A stretch of 6,888 bases of DNA, taken from assembly GCF_001652585.1 (NCBI RefSeq), contig NZ_LWLG01000026.1, positions 1 through 6,888 on the forward strand. The letters run 5' to 3'. The translations under genes were made by a program, and so were the position numbers. Each line of letters opens with the position of its first letter. The first letter of the stretch is position 1. Below are positions 4,915 through 6,888 of this stretch, piece by piece. A model generated the notes under the pieces. The model ran no database searches. It saw nothing but the letters and a program-made list of their open reading frames with translations, and was not told where the DNA came from. This DNA comes from Thermosulfurimonas dismutans. Its GTDB lineage: Bacteria; Desulfobacterota; Thermodesulfobacteria; Thermodesulfobacteriales; Thermodesulfobacteriaceae.

Positions 4915-5131
4915 CGCGCAGCCTCCGTCCAGTCTCCTTCTTTAGCCTGATCCAGAGCCACCGGCTTGGCGTAGTTCTTTAAAAAAACCGGCCATGTCCT
5001 CCACCGGCTCGATTATCACCTTCCGATCCCGAAGAACGAGCTTAAGAACCCCAGAGCCGAGAGCCTCTCCTCATTTCTTTGGAAAGAGCAATCTGTCCCT
5101 TCTTGGATATCTTGACCGTTTTGATTAGCAT
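4915..5131 (-). pseudogene. Frameshifted AbrB/MazE/VapB-type (SpoVT-AbrB fold) antitoxin gene. The 3' limit is approximate.
   Basis: The minus strand from ATG 5131-5129 reads MLIKTVKISKKGQIALSKEMRRGSRLWGS, ending at a stop at 5044-5042. Shifting frame near 5064-5070 restores the family pattern ...GQIALSKEMR-EALGSGVLKLVLRDRKVIIEPVEDMAGFFK. A third frame after the T7/A3 run near 4980-4990 gives NYAKPVALDQAKEGDWTEAARKKF. So there is at least one frameshift and probably two. No toxin ORF follows on the minus strand, because the DUF2442 gene occupies that space. Confidence 0.6.
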
Positions 5132-5335
5132 AGCTTTACTTCTTGGTTAAAAGGATTCTTGTTTTTATTGTTAGGCCTTGTATCAAAGTGGCGTGATAGG
5201 CCACCTCCAGTGGTATTTCACCTCTAAGGCCACGAGTTTAGGACGAAGCCTCGCACCCAGCAGCCTCTCCTCAAAGGCCTCCCAGCTCTCCACCCCGAAA
5301 ATCCTCCTTGCCATCGCCCGAAATAAGGCCTATAA

Positions 5336-5533
5336 GCCCGGTGGTATTCAATTTTGAAAGAGGAAGGCTTGAGGCTTTTCGATTCTCTTCTCAAGGAGTT
5401 CCCCCAGGACTCCACCTTTGTGAATCTGATTGCGAAGAAAAAAGAACACTATCTGGCCTTTTTGAAGTATCCGGAGGAGGTGAGACCGCTGTTTTCTTCG
5501 ACCAATCTGGCCGAGGGGATCAACCGGAAATAG
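5336..5533 (+). pseudogene. Internal/C-proximal fragment of an IS256-family (Mutator-type) transposase.
   Basis: The frame opens after TAA 5333-5335 and reads ARWYSILKEEGLRLFDSLLKEFPQDSTFVNLIAKKKEHYLAFLKYPEEVRPLFSSTNLAEGINRK, ending at TAG 5531-5533. The block L.FL.yPeE.r....STN.aEgiNR is the conserved IS256-family motif (l.ff.fP.e.r..iyTTN.iE.lN). No N-terminal catalytic region is present upstream. Confidence 0.7.
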
Positions 5534-5693
5534 AAGTATCTATCCCGGGTCTTCAAGGCCGCCTGCAAAAAGGCGGACGTCGAGGGGATAAACCTCTACC
5601 AGGCCGTGAGGCACAGCTTCGCCATGCAACTCTTACAGCTCGGCTTCACCTACGAACAGGTAGGCGCCGCCCTGGGACACTCAAGCCCAACCA
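5534..5693 (+). pseudogene. C-terminal fragment of a tyrosine recombinase (phage-type integrase).
   Basis: The sequence KYLSRVFKAACKKADVEGINLYQAVRHSFAMQLLQLGFTYEQVGAALGHSSPT matches the integrase box II region (fk.a.kkagi....t.H.lRHsfAt.ll..G.....v...LGHss). It lacks the N-terminal two-thirds. It is cut after LGHSSPT, before the catalytic Tyr, by the IS end at 5694. Confidence 0.75.
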
Positions 5694-6619
5694 GAGAGTG
5701 TTCGAAAATAGTTTTTAAGGAGCAACGAGATATAGAGGAGGGTAGCCAGGAGGTACATATTATAGAGCACAAAAGCGGCCAGTCCTCTCTTCTGGGCTAT
5801 TTCTTCCTTTCTTACCCTAAAATGCGAGCCTATTTTCAGTTTTACCGTACCAAACAAACTTTCAATCAGATATCTATTTCGGCCCCATTTCTCCCAGAAA
5901 ATTCTGGAATCTTTCCGCAGAGGATGTTTTACCTTCTGCCTGAAGGTTTCTTTTACTCTTATGGCCGGTTTTAATCCAAGCTCTACAAGTTTTTCCATGA
6001 CCTTGAGACTGTCATAGCATTTATCTGCTATAAAACATTCGGCTTTAAAAGTGACCGGATCAATTTCTGTCAGAGCTTCCAGGAGAAGTTTTACCTCGCT
6101 GGCATAGGGACCTCCGGTTTCAGCGGTAATGACGATTCTTTTTCCGGATGAAGTTACTCCGATTATGGGGACCACTCTTATATGGGCTTTTACTTTTCTG
6201 ATTTCTGAGCCTCTTAAGAATTTTAAAGGATAGAGGTCATGATAACTAAAACCGGTGCCATCAGAGATAAAGAAAAAGAGGTGATGTTCTTTTGCTAGAA
6301 GTTTTCGGGCCAATTCTTGGAGAAGGATTTTCAGGGATTGTTTAGGGAATTTTGAGACTCGGTAGTGGTAGGTAGAAAGGGCGGGTCTTCGTCCCAATAT
6401 ATCGAAGGCCTCTTCTAGGGCTTCTCGGTAGGATAGATTTTTTAGGGTTTGGTAGAGGAAGATAGAGATAATGAAGGCATCGGAATAAGTTTTTGGGCGA
6501 CCTCGAAAGGCCAGGGGCTTTTCATTTATTATGGCTCGGGTTATTTTGAAGATGGTCTTGAGACGCAGTTTGCTTCTTCTCATGTTGGGGGAGTTAATTC
6601 TAGGCTCCCCCAACGTCAA
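5681..6619 (-). CDS. DDE transposase (DDE_Tnp_1, IS4/IS5-like).
   Basis: The candidate catalytic residues lie in FFISDGTGFS (D), CFIADKCYDS (D) and NRYLIESLFGTVKLK. The last carries the R-x3-E-x6-K signature of IS4/IS5 transposases. The track starts the ORF at TTG 6619, while ATG 6583-6581 (MRRSKLRLK...) is the more conventional start. The last four codons and the stop lie outside the left IR, in flanking DNA. Confidence 0.8.
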   Translation of the reverse strand: MTLGEPRINSPNMRRSKLRLKTIFKITRAIINEKPLAFRGRPKTYSDAFIISIFLYQTLKNLSYREALEEAFDILGRRPALSTYHYRVSKFPKQSLKILLQELARKLLAKEHHLFFFISDGTGFSYHDLYPLKFLRGSEIRKVKAHIRVVPIIGVTSSGKRIVITAETGGPYASEVKLLLEALTEIDPVTFKAECFIADKCYDSLKVMEKLVELGLKPAIRVKETFRQKVKHPLRKDSRIFWEKWGRNRYLIESLFGTVKLKIGSHFRVRKEEIAQKRGLAAFVLYNMYLLATLLYISLLLKNYFRTLSGWA

Positions 6620-6643
6620 TATCTAGTTTTTTCGAACACCCTC
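5694..6643 (-). mobile_element. Compact IS4/IS5-superfamily insertion sequence, about 950 bp.
   Basis: The inverted repeats are GAGAGTGTTCGAAAA (5694-5708) and the reverse complement of 6629-6643, GAGGGTGTTCGAAAA, matching at 14 of 15 positions. They bracket a single DDE transposase ORF. No target-site duplication is evident (left flank ...cccaacca, right flank cctgaaac...). Confidence 0.75.
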
Positions 6644-6735
6644 CTGAAACGGCTTGACAGATCGTTCACAAATTTAAATTTGAAAAATAGCAAATGAAAA
6701 TTGTCAGATCGAAAGCCAGGGGTACCGATAAGGCT

Positions 6736-6888
6736 ATGAACTTGCCCAAGATTCAGGCCGATTATGACCGAGAAGCAGATGTGCTCTATCTTAATTTTGA
6801 GTCTGGTAAAGAGGCTACCGATTCTGAATACCTCGAAGAGGGAATAATTGTAAGATACGCTAACGATAAGATAATCGGTATAACCATC
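6736..6888 (+). CDS. DUF2283-family protein, 5' part only; the ORF runs off the window.
   Basis: The sequence MNLPKIQADYDREADVLYLNFESGKEATDSEYLEEGIIVRYANDKIIGITI matches the DUF2283 pattern (..i.YD.eaDalYi.l......s.e...gvivdyd.dgkivGIei). An in-frame ATG at 6694 would add 14 residues. A TTGACA lies at 6654-6659, upstream. Confidence 0.7.
   Translation, partial: MNLPKIQADYDREADVLYLNFESGKEATDSEYLEEGIIVRYANDKIIGITI

Noticed and set aside
5183-5314. 43-codon minus-strand ORF MARRIFGVESWEAFEERLLGARLRPKLVALEVKYHWRWPITPL, plus the track ORF 5224-5415(-).
   Set aside because: Neither has an SD or a motif I can name. The faint resemblance to a recombinase N-terminal domain is too weak, and it lies on the opposite strand from the integrase fragment. 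I left it unannotated.
5308-5718. 136-aa + strand ORF spanning the IS256 and integrase fragments.
   Set aside because: It is in the wrong frame relative to both recognisable fragments, and its G/R-rich translation is low in complexity. It is an artefact of the absence of stops.
5606-5974. 122-aa + strand ORF (MRHSFAMQLL...).
   Set aside because: Only its first ~29 residues are real coding sequence, namely the integrase box II fragment. The rest reads antisense through the IS transposase, and the GTG start lies inside the original gene.
6449-6697. 82-aa + strand ORF across the IS right end.
   Set aside because: It is antisense to the transposase N-terminus and then crosses the IR into intergenic DNA. 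I tested whether its tail (LKRLDRSFTNLNLKNSK) could be the missing integrase C-terminus, but it lacks the RY/catalytic Tyr pattern.

Overview
The window opens on the trailer end of a CRISPR array: three 30-nt repeats at a 66-nt period, with the last repeat degenerate. The remaining ~6.7 kb is accessory DNA that reads as an IS-eroded toxin-antitoxin/defence island. The K/E/R-rich proteins suggest a thermophilic bacterium, but that is inference only.

Left to right:
(1) A tightly packed + strand cassette of four ORFs (212-1417). It contains a 110-aa unknown, an excisionase/MerR-like HTH protein, a small acidic protein, and a Doc/Fic-fold toxin with the HPFQDGNKRTA motif.
(2) A 59-aa ribbon-helix-helix gene on the minus strand (1420-1599) that is absent from the ORF track. 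It is tail-to-tail with doc.
(3) A divergent control region carrying a (GCAA)4.5 microsatellite, followed by a 118-aa acidic orphan ORF.
(4) A complete IS3-family element (2146-3356) with orfA/orfB, an A AAA AAG -1 frameshift site and TG...CA inverted repeats, but no target-site duplication. Its right end abuts a 5'-truncated, visibly AT-rich Mrr-type restriction endonuclease remnant (3357-3818).
(5) An overlapping DUF4160/DUF2442 gene pair (4348-4903).
(6) A decay zone holding a frameshifted AbrB/MazE-type antitoxin pseudogene, an IS256-family transposase fragment, and a tyrosine-recombinase C-terminal fragment.
(7) A compact IS4/IS5-type element (5694-6643, minus strand) that cuts the recombinase fragment.
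(8) The 5' part of a DUF2283 gene running off the window.

The best candidates for new biology are the Doc cassette, which has no recognisable Phd/YefM partner, the RHH gene with its tetranucleotide-repeat control region, and the uncharacterised DUF4160/DUF2442 pair. All family assignments come from motif recognition by eye. No database search was run.
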